This document shows, piece by piece, positions 38,461 to 47,841 of a stretch of 64,000 bases of DNA. The notes below the pieces were generated by a model. It was not told where the DNA came from. It saw only the letters and a program-made list of their open reading frames with translations, and did no database searches. The stretch is from contig NZ_BAABFP010000007.1 of NCBI RefSeq assembly GCF_039541115.1, positions 310,001 to 374,000 of the forward strand, in the 5' to 3' direction. This stretch comes from Angustibacter luteus (GTDB lineage: Bacteria > Actinomycetota > Actinomycetes > Actinomycetales > Angustibacteraceae). Numbering within the stretch: position 1 is the stretch's first letter; each line of letters begins with the position of its first letter. Made by a program: the position numbers and the translations under genes.

Positions 38461-38620
38461 GGTGACGATCTCCCTTCTGTGGGGTAGTTGATCTGGGACT
38501 GGTGGTGCTCGCCCTTCCGGCGACAGGCGGTGACTCCCAGGCGGGCAGAGCGCGCGCGAGGTCCCTACGCGAGGCGTCGGGGCAGACCCGGCCGGACGGC
38601 CGGGACGTGTGGTTGTGCGC

Positions 38621-39412
38621 TCAGACGAGCGCTGGGGGAAGGACGGTGCCGCGGTCGATGTCGCATAGCTCGGCGAACGTCATCCCGGCGGAACGGGTGA
38701 TGCCACCGCGGCGGGAGCGCTCGAGGTCGAGGCGCCGCTCGAGGTCGCGCAGGTCGGACTCGGTGAGCTCTTCGAGCTTCGGCAGCTGCTGGCCGCGCAG
38801 ACCCGACCCGGCGGTGTAGGGGTTGGCGCCGTAGCCGACGATCGCGACGTCGCCGCGGTGGATGTCGTAGCCCTCGATGTGGTACTCGGTCCAGTCGCTC
38901 GACCAGCTGCCATCGGTGATGACGAACCGGAACGACATCTCGTCCACCAGGCCGCTGCGCAGCTTGGGGGCGATGTACGCGACGTCGGCGTCGCCGGCGT
39001 CCAGCGACGGCGCATCGGCGAGCAGACCCTGCTCGTCCTCGCTGAGGGTCAGCGTGCCGTTCGTGGTCCGGGCGATCCGGCGCAGCGAGTCGTGCGCCAA
39101 GACCAGCGGCACGTCGAGCTCGGGGTTGGCCAGCGACCGCGCGCCGGCCCCCGAGGTCACCTGCTCGGTGTACGGGCCGAAGAAGTCCCACATCTCGTAG
39201 CCGCGGTCGTACACCGACGCGTAGCCGGTGAAGTGCAGCGCGCCGTCCTCGGTAGTCGACTCACGCAGCTCCATCCGGTCCGCGCGCACGCGCACCAGAG
39301 CCGGGCCCGGCTGCTCGCCGGCGCGACGCTCACGCGGGCGGTCGCTGGACTGACGGATGCCGTCGGCTCGCGCCTCCGCGGCCGCTTCGAGGATCCGGTC
39401 GAGTGCACTCAT
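38621..39412 (-). CDS. HK97-family prohead protease
   Basis: FTGYASVY, LAHD, TLTLSEDEQGL, GLVDEMSFRF, VAIVGYGANP. Confidence 0.88.
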   Translation of the reverse strand: MSALDRILEAAAEARADGIRQSSDRPRERRAGEQPGPALVRVRADRMELRESTTEDGALHFTGYASVYDRGYEMWDFFGPYTEQVTSGAGARSLANPELDVPLVLAHDSLRRIARTTNGTLTLSEDEQGLLADAPSLDAGDADVAYIAPKLRSGLVDEMSFRFVITDGSWSSDWTEYHIEGYDIHRGDVAIVGYGANPYTAGSGLRGQQLPKLEELTESDLRDLERRLDLERSRRGGITRSAGMTFAELCDIDRGTVLPPALV

Positions 39413-40608
39413 GACGACGAACTCCCTTGTGCTGGCTGAGCCGCGGTCGGCGGCGGGGTGCGGCCGAACAGCTCGGCGAGGGTGTCGATCTGGTCCTGGG
39501 TGAGTGGCGGTCGGTTGTCCAGCGCGCGCCACTCGTCCGGGGTCAGTGCCCGGTTGGTCACCTTGAGGCCGAGCACCTGAGCCTGCGTGTACGGGTCCAT
39601 CCGGAGCAGCGCGTCGGTGTTCAGCTTCACGAACCGCGGCTGGGAGGTCAGCGTCGACAGCGTGTCCTCGCGGCGCTTGACCGCAGGCCCGATCGAGGTG
39701 ACCAGCAGGCTGACCATGCGCTGGCCGATGTTCGCGTAGGTGACGGACGAGCCGGAGGTGCCGGCGTCGATCATGTCCGCGGGGGTGTCCATGAACCGGC
39801 AGACGTCGGCGACCGAGAACCGCTGCGTCTCGAGGAACGATGTGGCCGAGGCATCGGCGCCGATCATGTCGTACTCCCAGTCCTTGCCGAAGACCAGGAC
39901 GCCGCCGCCGGTGGTCGTCGCCTCGTGCTGGGACTTGACCGCGAGCGCCTGCTCGGTGGTCAGGACGCGGGCGGTGTTCTTCATCTTCGCCGCCGGCTTT
40001 CCGCCGCCGTCGAACCACTGCATCGCGAACTCCTGCGCGGACAGGTACTGGCCGATCGTGTAGGCGGCGTAGGCCAGCGGCGACAGCCCGATCGGGAGGC
40101 CGGCGACGACGTACTGGCGCTCGTGCCAGATGTCGAGCGCGGAGTACTCCTTGTTGCCGACCCGGTAGCGGACCTCGCCGGTCTTGCGGATCAGCACCTT
40201 GACGCCCGAGGACTCGAAGAGGTCGATGCGGCTGGGCAGGCCGAGGCCATCGCGCTCGATGACCAGGCCGAAGGTGTTGCCGCAGCCGTCGAGTTCCATC
40301 TGGGTGGCGTACAGCCACTCGGAGATCGTGGCGCGCTGGCCGCCGATGTGCAGGGCGCCCGGCCGGGTGAGCACCTGCGGCTTGTTGGGGATCTCGACCT
40401 GGATGCCGTCGACCATGCGGAACTGGTCGATCGGCAGCGAGCTGACGAGGTTGGCGCGCAGCCGACGGCACGCCCACACCGCCGAGTGGCGCATCGCGTC
40501 GGCCTGACTGGCGCCGCGGGGCCCGCTGCGGCTGCCGAAGCGCCGGGGCATGCCGGCGGCGTCGCTGAGCGCGTCCAGGTTGGCGACGCGCTGACGAAAC
40601 AGGGTCAC
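39409..40608 (-). CDS. Portal protein (HK97 family)
   Basis: SAVWACRRL..NLVSSLP, GLSPL, FLETQRF, TPDEWRALDNRPP. Confidence 0.9.
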   Translation of the reverse strand: MTLFRQRVANLDALSDAAGMPRRFGSRSGPRGASQADAMRHSAVWACRRLRANLVSSLPIDQFRMVDGIQVEIPNKPQVLTRPGALHIGGQRATISEWLYATQMELDGCGNTFGLVIERDGLGLPSRIDLFESSGVKVLIRKTGEVRYRVGNKEYSALDIWHERQYVVAGLPIGLSPLAYAAYTIGQYLSAQEFAMQWFDGGGKPAAKMKNTARVLTTEQALAVKSQHEATTTGGGVLVFGKDWEYDMIGADASATSFLETQRFSVADVCRFMDTPADMIDAGTSGSSVTYANIGQRMVSLLVTSIGPAVKRREDTLSTLTSQPRFVKLNTDALLRMDPYTQAQVLGLKVTNRALTPDEWRALDNRPPLTQDQIDTLAELFGRTPPPTAAQPAQGSSSS

Positions 40609-40787
40609 AGGTCGACCTCGTCACGGACGCGTGCCGGCGGGTTGCCGTGCACCTCGGCCGCGATGATCAGGGCGACGCCCCAGACGGCGAGTGCGGCTGC
40701 CGGCATCCAGGTGAGGGCGGCGAACAGCGACAGCAGGGCCACGCCGATCAGCTCGATGGTGGTCGTCACGACCTCACGCAGGTCCAT
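40605..40787 (-). CDS. Small membrane protein between terminase and portal
   Basis: Two hydrophobic helices; typical position. Confidence 0.65.
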   Translation of the reverse strand: MDLREVVTTTIELIGVALLSLFAALTWMPAAALAVWGVALIIAAEVHGNPPARVRDEVDL

Positions 40788-40809
40788 GCGGTGCTCTCCC
40801 TCGTGCAGG

Positions 40810-42291
40810 TCAGGCGAAGCTCGACAGGAGGTCGTACTCCGGTTCGTGTTCGATGTCGGCGATGTGCGCGGCGATCGTCACGGCCTCGAGCGCGTCGATG
40901 TCGACGTTCGGGTTCGCGCGGCGCCACGCCCACCGGTCGCCGATCGCACGCTTGCCGGCGGCGACCGCTGCGGCCTCGAGCACGGGGTCGCCGTTGTGGA
41001 CCAGGAGCCTTTCGACGACCAGGGCCAGGAACCGCGAGCACGCCGCGGTGTAGTCCGCCGTGCTGAGCAGCCGCAGGTCGATGCCGGCGTCGAGCAGGTC
41101 TGGGATCAGGAACGCGGCCGGCCCGCCGGCGTCGATCGCGAACACGGCGCGCGCGTTGCTGGTCTGAAGCTCGACTGCCCGGTCGACCACCCAGCTGGTG
41201 CGCCGGCGGCGGTCTGCCACCTCGCCGTGCATCCGGCCGTCGTGCCTGGCGCCGGCCGCGCCGATGGTCGCCCAGGACTGGTCGAGGCTCGCCGCGATCG
41301 AGAAGGTCGGCGTGACGTCGTCCGGGATCTGCGAGCCGGTGCCCAGCACTGGCTGGTTGGTGTCTTCGTCGAAGTCCGGCGGGTCCGCGAGCGCTTGCCA
41401 CTCTGTGCTGGAGATGACGCCTCCGCCGAGGGCGTCCTCCCACACGCCGAGTCGCTCACGTGACCACTTGGCGTCGTCGTTGGTTTCCGTGCGCTCGTTG
41501 CGTGCCCACTCTTCGGTCATGTTGCGGATCTCGAAGGACGGGTTGCCGGCGATGAGCGCTGTTCGCACGGCCGCGGGGTCGTCGAGGTCGACGCCGAGCG
41601 GGTTGCCCCACTCGAAGTAGGCAAGCGAGGGGTCGTTGCCTGCGCGGCCGCGGTCGCGAACCGCGGTCAGCTGGTGCGAGTCGTGGAGACCGGAGCTGGA
41701 CAGGTACCAGATCTGAGGGTTCGGTGCCTCGGTCATCGTCGGGAGGATGGCCGCCATGTCGTCCGCGTCCAGGCCGGCGAGCGCCTCGTCGAGGTAGATC
41801 TTGTCGACCTTGTCGAAGCCGCGGCCGCTGACCCGCGATCGCGCGAGGAAGCGAAGCTCGGGGCCGTCGACGACCTGCAGGCCTTCTTCGCCGTGGCTGT
41901 TGCGGAAGTTCTTCTCGGGCACGCGACGGCGCAGCTCGGGCGAGCGCTGGATCAGCTTCTTGAGTCGGGCGAAGGTGCGGGCTGCGGTCTTGAACTGGTG
42001 CGCCGAGTAGATGATCAGGTCGTAGTCGGTGGTGAACAGGTCGGCCAGAAGCGCCGCCTCGATGATGGCGCCCTTGCCGTTCTGCCTCGGGACGATGACG
42101 CCGACCGAGAACGCCGACCACTTCCCGTCGGCACGCTCACCCATCGCGTGCTCGAGGACGAACTGCTGCCACGGGTCGAGGCGCAGGTGCGCGAGTGCGG
42201 CCAACCGGATCGCGAAACTCGCCGCGGTGGTCTCGTGCTCGGGCCAGGACGCGAAGCGAGGCGGGGTGCCCCAGTCCTCAACGTCGGCCAC
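40810..42291 (-). CDS. terL: Terminase large subunit
   Basis: LDPWQ, VPRQNGKG (Walker A), IYLDEA (Walker B), IDALEA. Confidence 0.92.
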   Translation of the reverse strand: MADVEDWGTPPRFASWPEHETTAASFAIRLAALAHLRLDPWQQFVLEHAMGERADGKWSAFSVGVIVPRQNGKGAIIEAALLADLFTTDYDLIIYSAHQFKTAARTFARLKKLIQRSPELRRRVPEKNFRNSHGEEGLQVVDGPELRFLARSRVSGRGFDKVDKIYLDEALAGLDADDMAAILPTMTEAPNPQIWYLSSSGLHDSHQLTAVRDRGRAGNDPSLAYFEWGNPLGVDLDDPAAVRTALIAGNPSFEIRNMTEEWARNERTETNDDAKWSRERLGVWEDALGGGVISSTEWQALADPPDFDEDTNQPVLGTGSQIPDDVTPTFSIAASLDQSWATIGAAGARHDGRMHGEVADRRRRTSWVVDRAVELQTSNARAVFAIDAGGPAAFLIPDLLDAGIDLRLLSTADYTAACSRFLALVVERLLVHNGDPVLEAAAVAAGKRAIGDRWAWRRANPNVDIDALEAVTIAAHIADIEHEPEYDLLSSFA

Positions 42292-42811
42292 GGTGCTCCT
42301 GTCGCTCGCGTCGTGCCTTGGCAACCTCGTCCTCGACGGTCGGCGGCTCGCCGGCGTCTCCGGTGGCGGGTGTGGGCGTTGGGCCGAGGGCGCCGAGCAC
42401 CATGCGCAGCTCGCGGGCGACGTAGGGGTTGCCGGACTCGTCGACCTCGCGCGCCAGGCGCTCGGCGATCGCAGCGAACGGCGCATCAGCGGGGTCGGCG
42501 GCGAACGGCGCGACACGAGCGTGCACTGCTTGCTGCACCGCGGTGCTCGGTGGGGTGCGCGACGCGTCGACATCGAGCGGTTCGGGGTCAACGGGCAGTT
42601 CCGCCTCGGGGTCTTCGCTGACCACGAGCTCGAGGTCGTTCTCCCACAGCACGTCGATGATCTCGGCCAGACGGGCCAGCCCGATGCCGTGGATACCGAG
42701 CACCTCATCCTCGGACAGGGCCGCCAGGTCTTCTAGCGTCCGAATCCCTTGTGCCACAACGGAATCCGACCATCGGTAGTCTCGCATGCGAGGATCGATG
42801 CGTCGAGCCAT
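42278..42811 (-). CDS. Putative terminase small subunit with N-terminal HhH/alpha-CTD-like domain
   Basis: Overlaps terL start; AERLAREVD...ARELRMVL...EDEVAKARRER is TerS-like. Confidence 0.65.
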   Translation of the reverse strand: MARRIDPRMRDYRWSDSVVAQGIRTLEDLAALSEDEVLGIHGIGLARLAEIIDVLWENDLELVVSEDPEAELPVDPEPLDVDASRTPPSTAVQQAVHARVAPFAADPADAPFAAIAERLAREVDESGNPYVARELRMVLGALGPTPTPATGDAGEPPTVEDEVAKARRERQEHRGRR

Positions 42812-42902
42812 CGGCCGATCACTCCCAAAAGCACGGGGGGAAAAACTCTGACTGTTGAAGGGTCATGGCGGTGGTCGTTCTAAAAATCGAGACCTATCTC
42901 GA

Positions 42903-43193
42903 TCACCACAGGCGAGACGGCCGATGCTGCGGCGGTGGGCCGGCCTTTCGGGACGAGTTATGCGCCCGGTGCGCCGGGCGGGTCCGCTCGATCGGTGGGA
43001 CCTGCGTGCCGTGCGTCGCAACCGGGTCGAGATGGTCCAGGGTCCAGCTCATCCGGTCCGTGGCGGCCAGCGTGAGGTCGATCTCGCGATGGCAGATCCA
43101 GCAGATCGGCGGGTAGACCCGGCGAGCCTGCTCGCACAGCAGCTGCCACTGCCGGCCGCGGCCCTTCTCCGTCGTCGTGCGCTTGTCCGTCAC
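42903..43193 (-). CDS. HNH endonuclease (packaging-associated)
   Basis: CWICH...WTLDHLDP...RPAHRAHNSSRK upstream of the terminase genes. Confidence 0.85.
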   Translation of the reverse strand: MTDKRTTTEKGRGRQWQLLCEQARRVYPPICWICHREIDLTLAATDRMSWTLDHLDPVATHGTQVPPIERTRPAHRAHNSSRKAGPPPQHRPSRLW

Positions 43194-43516
43194 GCTGGCC
43201 GCCTGGCCGAAGGCGGTTGCGCTGCCCACCGTCCAAGCCCAAGACGATGTGAAGCCAGCGTGACCCGACGACGCCCTGCACGTAGCGCCCGGCCGCGGTC
43301 CCGTCCACGGCCACAGCCGCTCGGGAAGCACGAAACCCGGTGATCGCGAGGCGGTCGACCGGGTTCTGAAGACACGTCGTCCGTGTCCAGAACAGCGTGA
43401 CAGAGCCCTGTCGCGAAGTCCAGCGTCCACGCGGTCACGTCGCTCGATGTCAGTTCAAGGTGCGCCAACCTGGAATGCCGCACGGCCGCAGGGCTCGCTG
43501 GTCTACGGTCCGGGGC

Positions 43517-44053
43517 ATGAGCTTGACTGGAGATGACGTCCGGAACCTGGCCGCGGCCGTCACTGCATGCGTTGCCGTTGCCTCCTTGGCGATCGCCGTA
43601 ACGACGCTGGGTAGCGCCACCCGTGCGCGCAACAAGCTCGATCAGCAGGTCGGGATCTGGGACAAGCTGCCGGAAGGATCCAGCGAACGAGAGGTGATGT
43701 GGGCGCTGGTCGCGCGTTCGACCGCCCGGGTGGCGCGCGTCGAGGATCCTCAGCGCCGCAGGACCCGGCTGCTCACCATCGCGACCGGTATCGGTTCCAC
43801 AGTGCTGTTCTCGGCAACCGCATACCTGGCTTGGACAGCGCCGCCAGAGCCCACTCGCAACGCCGGGATCCTCCAGATCATTGGGATCGGTCTCGCGGTT
43901 GCTGCGTTTATCTGGTCTGGAATCTTGCTGGTTGGGGAAGTGCGCCGCCGACAAAGAGTCGGCGCGACGGTTTCGCAACTGGAGCAGCTCGCGCTCGACC
44001 TCGACGACTTCGCAGATCGTTACGATCGTGCGGCGCCGCCGGATGAGAACTGA
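43517..44053 (+). CDS. Moron-like membrane protein on the opposite strand
   Basis: Three TM helices, atypical codon usage, TACGGT -10-like element just upstream. Confidence 0.6.
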   Translation: MSLTGDDVRNLAAAVTACVAVASLAIAVTTLGSATRARNKLDQQVGIWDKLPEGSSEREVMWALVARSTARVARVEDPQRRRTRLLTIATGIGSTVLFSATAYLAWTAPPEPTRNAGILQIIGIGLAVAAFIWSGILLVGEVRRRQRVGATVSQLEQLALDLDDFADRYDRAAPPDEN

Positions 44054-44064
44054 CAAGGAGCCGC

Positions 44065-44970
44065 TCACTTCCCGCTGGTGGTTGTCGCCGCCCCGACCGG
44101 CTTGCCATTGAGGATGGCCCGGACATCGCCTAGCCGGTACGTGGGGCGACCCCGGGCGTCGGCGCCACGCGGCGTGATCTTGTCGCGCACTGCCCACTGC
44201 CGGATCCGCTCTGGCGTGACGGGCTCCTGCATCCGCGTCAGGGCCCTGGCCAGGTCGGTGGCCGATGCCTCGACGTCCTCGGCTGCAGCGAGCAAACGCT
44301 CGCGACGGTCGTTCGTGTCCCAGATCCGGCCGCACCGCGGGCAGGCGATCAGCGGCTCGAGCAGTTTCGGATGCTGCGGGTCGGTCAGGTCGATCGAGCA
44401 GTACAGGTCCTGGCCGCAGTCGGCGTTGCACTGGCCGATGTAGGCCTGGTCGGCCGGGCGGTCGACGAGCTGCTCGAGCTTGTCCTGCGAGAGGAGCAGC
44501 GCCCCGTACCAGTGCAGCGACGCGTCGTCGACGCGGGCACGCAGCTCGCGGACGTGAGCAGCCGCCCAGGTCGCCCGGTAGCCGAGCGGGTGCGACGCGG
44601 ACCAGCTGGCGCCCGGCCACGCGAGCAGACGCACGATCGCGTCGACCGCCGCGGTGAGCCGGCGCAGCTCGGAGCGGATCCGCGGATCGAACGGCAGGTC
44701 AGCCTCGCGGGCACCGAGGTCGGGGCGGTCGCTGTCCTGGTCGTCCGGAGCCGACACGGCGGTCGGCGGGGCCGTGCTCGAGCGCCCGCTGCCGCCGCCT
44801 GAGCTGATGCGCGCCGCACGGGTGTAGGTCACCATCGCTGCGTCCTCGAGAGCGGCGACGTCGCCCAAGGCGCGCTCAAGCTTCTCGGTGCAGCTACCCG
44901 AGCCCTGGCACAGCAGCGCGTCGGCGCTCGAGCGATCGAGACACCACGGGCACTTCGGCTTCACGCTCAA
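44065..44970 (-). CDS. Zn-ribbon plus C-terminal HTH protein (putative late regulator)
   Basis: CPWC, GQCNADCG, CPRCG, RIRQWAVRDKI...GRPTYRLGDV. Confidence 0.7.
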   Translation of the reverse strand: MSVKPKCPWCLDRSSADALLCQGSGSCTEKLERALGDVAALEDAAMVTYTRAARISSGGGSGRSSTAPPTAVSAPDDQDSDRPDLGAREADLPFDPRIRSELRRLTAAVDAIVRLLAWPGASWSASHPLGYRATWAAAHVRELRARVDDASLHWYGALLLSQDKLEQLVDRPADQAYIGQCNADCGQDLYCSIDLTDPQHPKLLEPLIACPRCGRIWDTNDRRERLLAAAEDVEASATDLARALTRMQEPVTPERIRQWAVRDKITPRGADARGRPTYRLGDVRAILNGKPVGAATTTSGK

Positions 44971-45095
44971 CGGACACTCCCGGATCGGTTCTGCAGCCAG
45001 CGGCGGACGACCCACTCGAAGTCGAGTAGGACGTTGAAGCCGTTGATGACGATGAGCAGCAGGACGGCTCCCTCGATCAGGTAGCGGCGCTTCAC
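44967..45095 (-). CDS. Small hydrophobic protein
   Basis: Coupled by overlapping start/stop codons. Confidence 0.45.
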   Translation of the reverse strand: MKRRYLIEGAVLLLIVINGFNVLLDFEWVVRRWLQNRSGSVR

Positions 45096-45331
45096 CAGTC
45101 CACCGCCGCATCGTCGTGTCGGCCGTCCGGCGCCTGTGCGGCCTCGAACACGTGGCCGCCGTCGGTGTGAGGCGGGCGGCGGCACTGCAGGCCGCCTCCC
45201 GGCGAGCGGACGGGGCAGTCGCTGTCGCAGAACCCGCACCAGGGCAGGAGCATGCCGGCGAGGCGGCGTGTCTTGACGGCCGGGCGGTCGCAGCCGGAGC
45301 ACCCGCGGGTGCCGGTCAGGTCCACGCTCAC
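45092..45331 (-). CDS. Small Cys-rich protein
   Basis: CSGC, CGFC, C..PPHTDGGH; coupled. Confidence 0.5.
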   Translation of the reverse strand: MSVDLTGTRGCSGCDRPAVKTRRLAGMLLPWCGFCDSDCPVRSPGGGLQCRRPPHTDGGHVFEAAQAPDGRHDDAAVDW

Positions 45332-45579
45332 AGCGCCCACCTCGCAGCGTGCCCGATGCCGCCCGTGTCAGTTGGGTGCGGCACGGTCGCAGGACCGCGG
45401 TCCTCGACGTAGGCGAGGCACCCGCCAGCCGGGTGGGTCTCGTCGTGCTCCATCCGCCTCGCTGCGTCGCGGCGGGCCACCCAGTCCGAGCGGTGGTACC
45501 AGTGCCCGGCCATCGGTCCACCGATGCACGCCACCAGGTCGAGGCCGGCGAGGGACGCTTTGCCCTTGGCCCTGGTCAT
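45328..45579 (-). CDS. Hypothetical protein
   Basis: CIGGPMAG motif; coupled. Confidence 0.5.
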   Translation of the reverse strand: MTRAKGKASLAGLDLVACIGGPMAGHWYHRSDWVARRDAARRMEHDETHPAGGCLAYVEDRGPATVPHPTDTGGIGHAARWAL

Positions 45580-45773
45580 GACGCCACCGGCCGCTCGAGC
45601 GCGGCGAAGCCGAGCGTGCACGTGCCACACGGCTGGACGGAGTACCGCCAGCCGCCGCAGGCCTCGCAGCGCCAGAGACCGGCGTCAGCGATCATCAGCC
45701 GCTGGTCCGCCAGGTCCCGGACGTCGTTCTGCTGCTGGCGTGCTCGGCGTCCGGCTTCGGTGAGGTGGTTCAT
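45576..45773 (-). CDS. Small Zn-finger protein
   Basis: CEACGG...CGTC; coupled. Confidence 0.5.
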   Translation of the reverse strand: MNHLTEAGRRARQQQNDVRDLADQRLMIADAGLWRCEACGGWRYSVQPCGTCTLGFAALERPVAS

Positions 45774-46696
45774 GAGCTGCTCCTGTTGCGACCACGGCGC
45801 GCTCGGCGACGTCTCGCAGGGATCTGGGCTTGGGTGGGTGGAGGAGCGGCACCCGACCCGACCTGACCCGTCCCGACCCGACCCGTCCCGTCCCGGGCGT
45901 CAGAGCGGCTACCGACGGTCGGTCGACGGTCTGCGTCGACGGTCTGGGGTGCCTCGAGCGGGGTCTGGGTCGCGCGGAGCGCGGGGTCCAGGTCGCTGGT
46001 GTCGCTGCGCGTGGTCTCGCCGGGTGCGAGGTCGCGCGGTGCAGGATTACGGCCGACGACGAACGTGTCGCCGGGGAAGAACTCACGGAGGTCAGAGACG
46101 GTCTGCTCGCCGTACAGCGGCTGCAGCGGGGCCGGGAGCAGCGTCATGGTCGCTGCCTCCGACGGGACGGCCCTGCGGCGGTTGCAGCCCCTGCAGGACA
46201 CGACGTAGGTGGCGATGGTGGTGGGCTGGGTGATGTCCAGGTGGTCGAACTCGCGGCCGCGGGGCGATCGGGTGTCGAAGCGGCTCGTGTTGACGCTGCG
46301 GCCGCACCAGCGGCAGGCGTCGCCGTCGCGGCGGATCACGTAGGCGCGCAGGAAGTCGTCGCGACGGTCGCTGGCCCGGACGCGGTCGTTGAGGATCTCC
46401 TCGCGCGACCGCATGTGCAGCGGGGACGGCTTGACGAGCTTCCAAGCCTTCTGGCGCGGCACCTTCGTGACCAGGCCGGCGCGCACACACGCGTCGATCT
46501 GCCGCTGCCAGGTGGTCGGGGCGACGAACCGGCACTGCGCCTCGGTCAGGACGTCGTCGGTCATGTGGTTCGCCGCCAGCGAGCAGACCAGGCTGAGGAA
46601 CCCCCACGCGGCAAGGCGACGCAGCTCGACGCCGTCCGCGAGCGCCAGCACGCGAGGTTCGGTCGCCGCGCTGTCGTCCGTCTTGAGCCATGCCAC
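45770..46696 (-). CDS. Replication-initiator-like protein with HNH domain
   Basis: AWLKTDD...EPRV N-terminus; RRDGDACRWCG...EFDHLD...SCRGCN; GTGRVG repeat tail. Confidence 0.7.
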   Translation of the reverse strand: MAWLKTDDSAATEPRVLALADGVELRRLAAWGFLSLVCSLAANHMTDDVLTEAQCRFVAPTTWQRQIDACVRAGLVTKVPRQKAWKLVKPSPLHMRSREEILNDRVRASDRRDDFLRAYVIRRDGDACRWCGRSVNTSRFDTRSPRGREFDHLDITQPTTIATYVVSCRGCNRRRAVPSEAATMTLLPAPLQPLYGEQTVSDLREFFPGDTFVVGRNPAPRDLAPGETTRSDTSDLDPALRATQTPLEAPQTVDADRRPTVGSRSDARDGTGRVGTGQVGSGAAPPPTQAQIPARRRRARRGRNRSSS

Positions 46697-46749
46697 GAGC
46701 GGGTGCCTCCGAGGCGTCGTCGAGTGGTGGTCGTCATCGCAAGCACGGC

Positions 46750-47841
46750 TCAGTCGTCGGGGTTGTACGGGGCGCTGCAGGTCGGGCAGGTCCCGGTGCG
46801 TGCGCCGTGCTCGGCGGTCGCCAGGCGCTCGTCTGCGCGGATGACGGCCTCCCAGCACTGGCCGCAGCCCTGCCCCCCGACGGTGCGGCCGCGGGAGTGG
46901 CCCAGGCGCAGGCAGCGGGCGCGGACCTGTGCGGCGAGCGCGTGGGTGTGGTCCAGGTGCCAGCCCTTGGCCTGCCCCTTCGAGCGGACTCGGCCGGAGT
47001 TCAGCCGACCCTGGGCGACCGCGTGGGTCACGGTCATCGTGCCTTTGCGGACCTCGTCCTGCTCCGACGGTGACAGCGAGAGCAGGGCGAGCCTGTTGGA
47101 GACCATGACCTGGCCGAATCCCACCTTGGCTGCGACCTCGCGGTCCGAGCAGTCCAGGCGCGTCTTGAGCAGCTGCAGCGCGCGTGCCTCTTCGATCGGG
47201 TCCAGGCCGGCGCGCTGCCCGTTCTCGATGAGGGCGGCGGCCAGGTCGTCGTCCGAGCGCATGTCGTTGCGGATGACGACGTCGACGCGCTCCCAGCCGA
47301 GCAGCTGCACCGCGGCGTGCCGGCGATGCCCGGCGATGATGATGAACCCAGGGATGCCGTCGTCCGCTGGGCGCACGATCAGCGGCTGGATCAGGCCCGC
47401 AGACTGGATCGAGGCGGCCAGCTCGGCGATCTCGGTGAGCTGCTCGCGCGGGTTCTCCGGTGACGGGCGCAGCTGCGCGATGCGCACCTTCATGAACCGG
47501 CCGTCAGGGACCGCCGCGCCAGGCGGCCCGGGGCGAGCAGCCGCCGGTGCGGTCGGAACAGGCGCCGGCACAGGACGAGCCGGAGCTCGCACCGGCGCCT
47601 GCTGCTGCAGCGAGGGCTCCATGCGGTGCAGGCGCTGCAGCTCGGCGATCCGGTACCGCAGCTGGTCCGGGTCCGGGAAGCCGTGTGCCAGGCCGACGCG
47701 CTCGACCTCGTCCGCGGTCAGGTGCGCCGCAGTCGGGTGAGCGGCCAACGTCTGGGCGACCTGCTCCGGTTCACGCCCGGCCGCGAGCGCCTTGAGGATC
47801 AGGATCTCGGTGTCGTAGACGACAGCGGGTGTCGTGGTCAC
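46750..47841 (-). CDS. ParB/Srx-domain protein 2
   Basis: LRPSPENPR, GLIQPLIV, IIAGHRR, LIENGQRAGLDPIEEA plus HTH. Confidence 0.85.
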   Translation of the reverse strand: MTTTPAVVYDTEILILKALAAGREPEQVAQTLAAHPTAAHLTADEVERVGLAHGFPDPDQLRYRIAELQRLHRMEPSLQQQAPVRAPARPVPAPVPTAPAAARPGPPGAAVPDGRFMKVRIAQLRPSPENPREQLTEIAELAASIQSAGLIQPLIVRPADDGIPGFIIIAGHRRHAAVQLLGWERVDVVIRNDMRSDDDLAAALIENGQRAGLDPIEEARALQLLKTRLDCSDREVAAKVGFGQVMVSNRLALLSLSPSEQDEVRKGTMTVTHAVAQGRLNSGRVRSKGQAKGWHLDHTHALAAQVRARCLRLGHSRGRTVGGQGCGQCWEAVIRADERLATAEHGARTGTCPTCSAPYNPDD

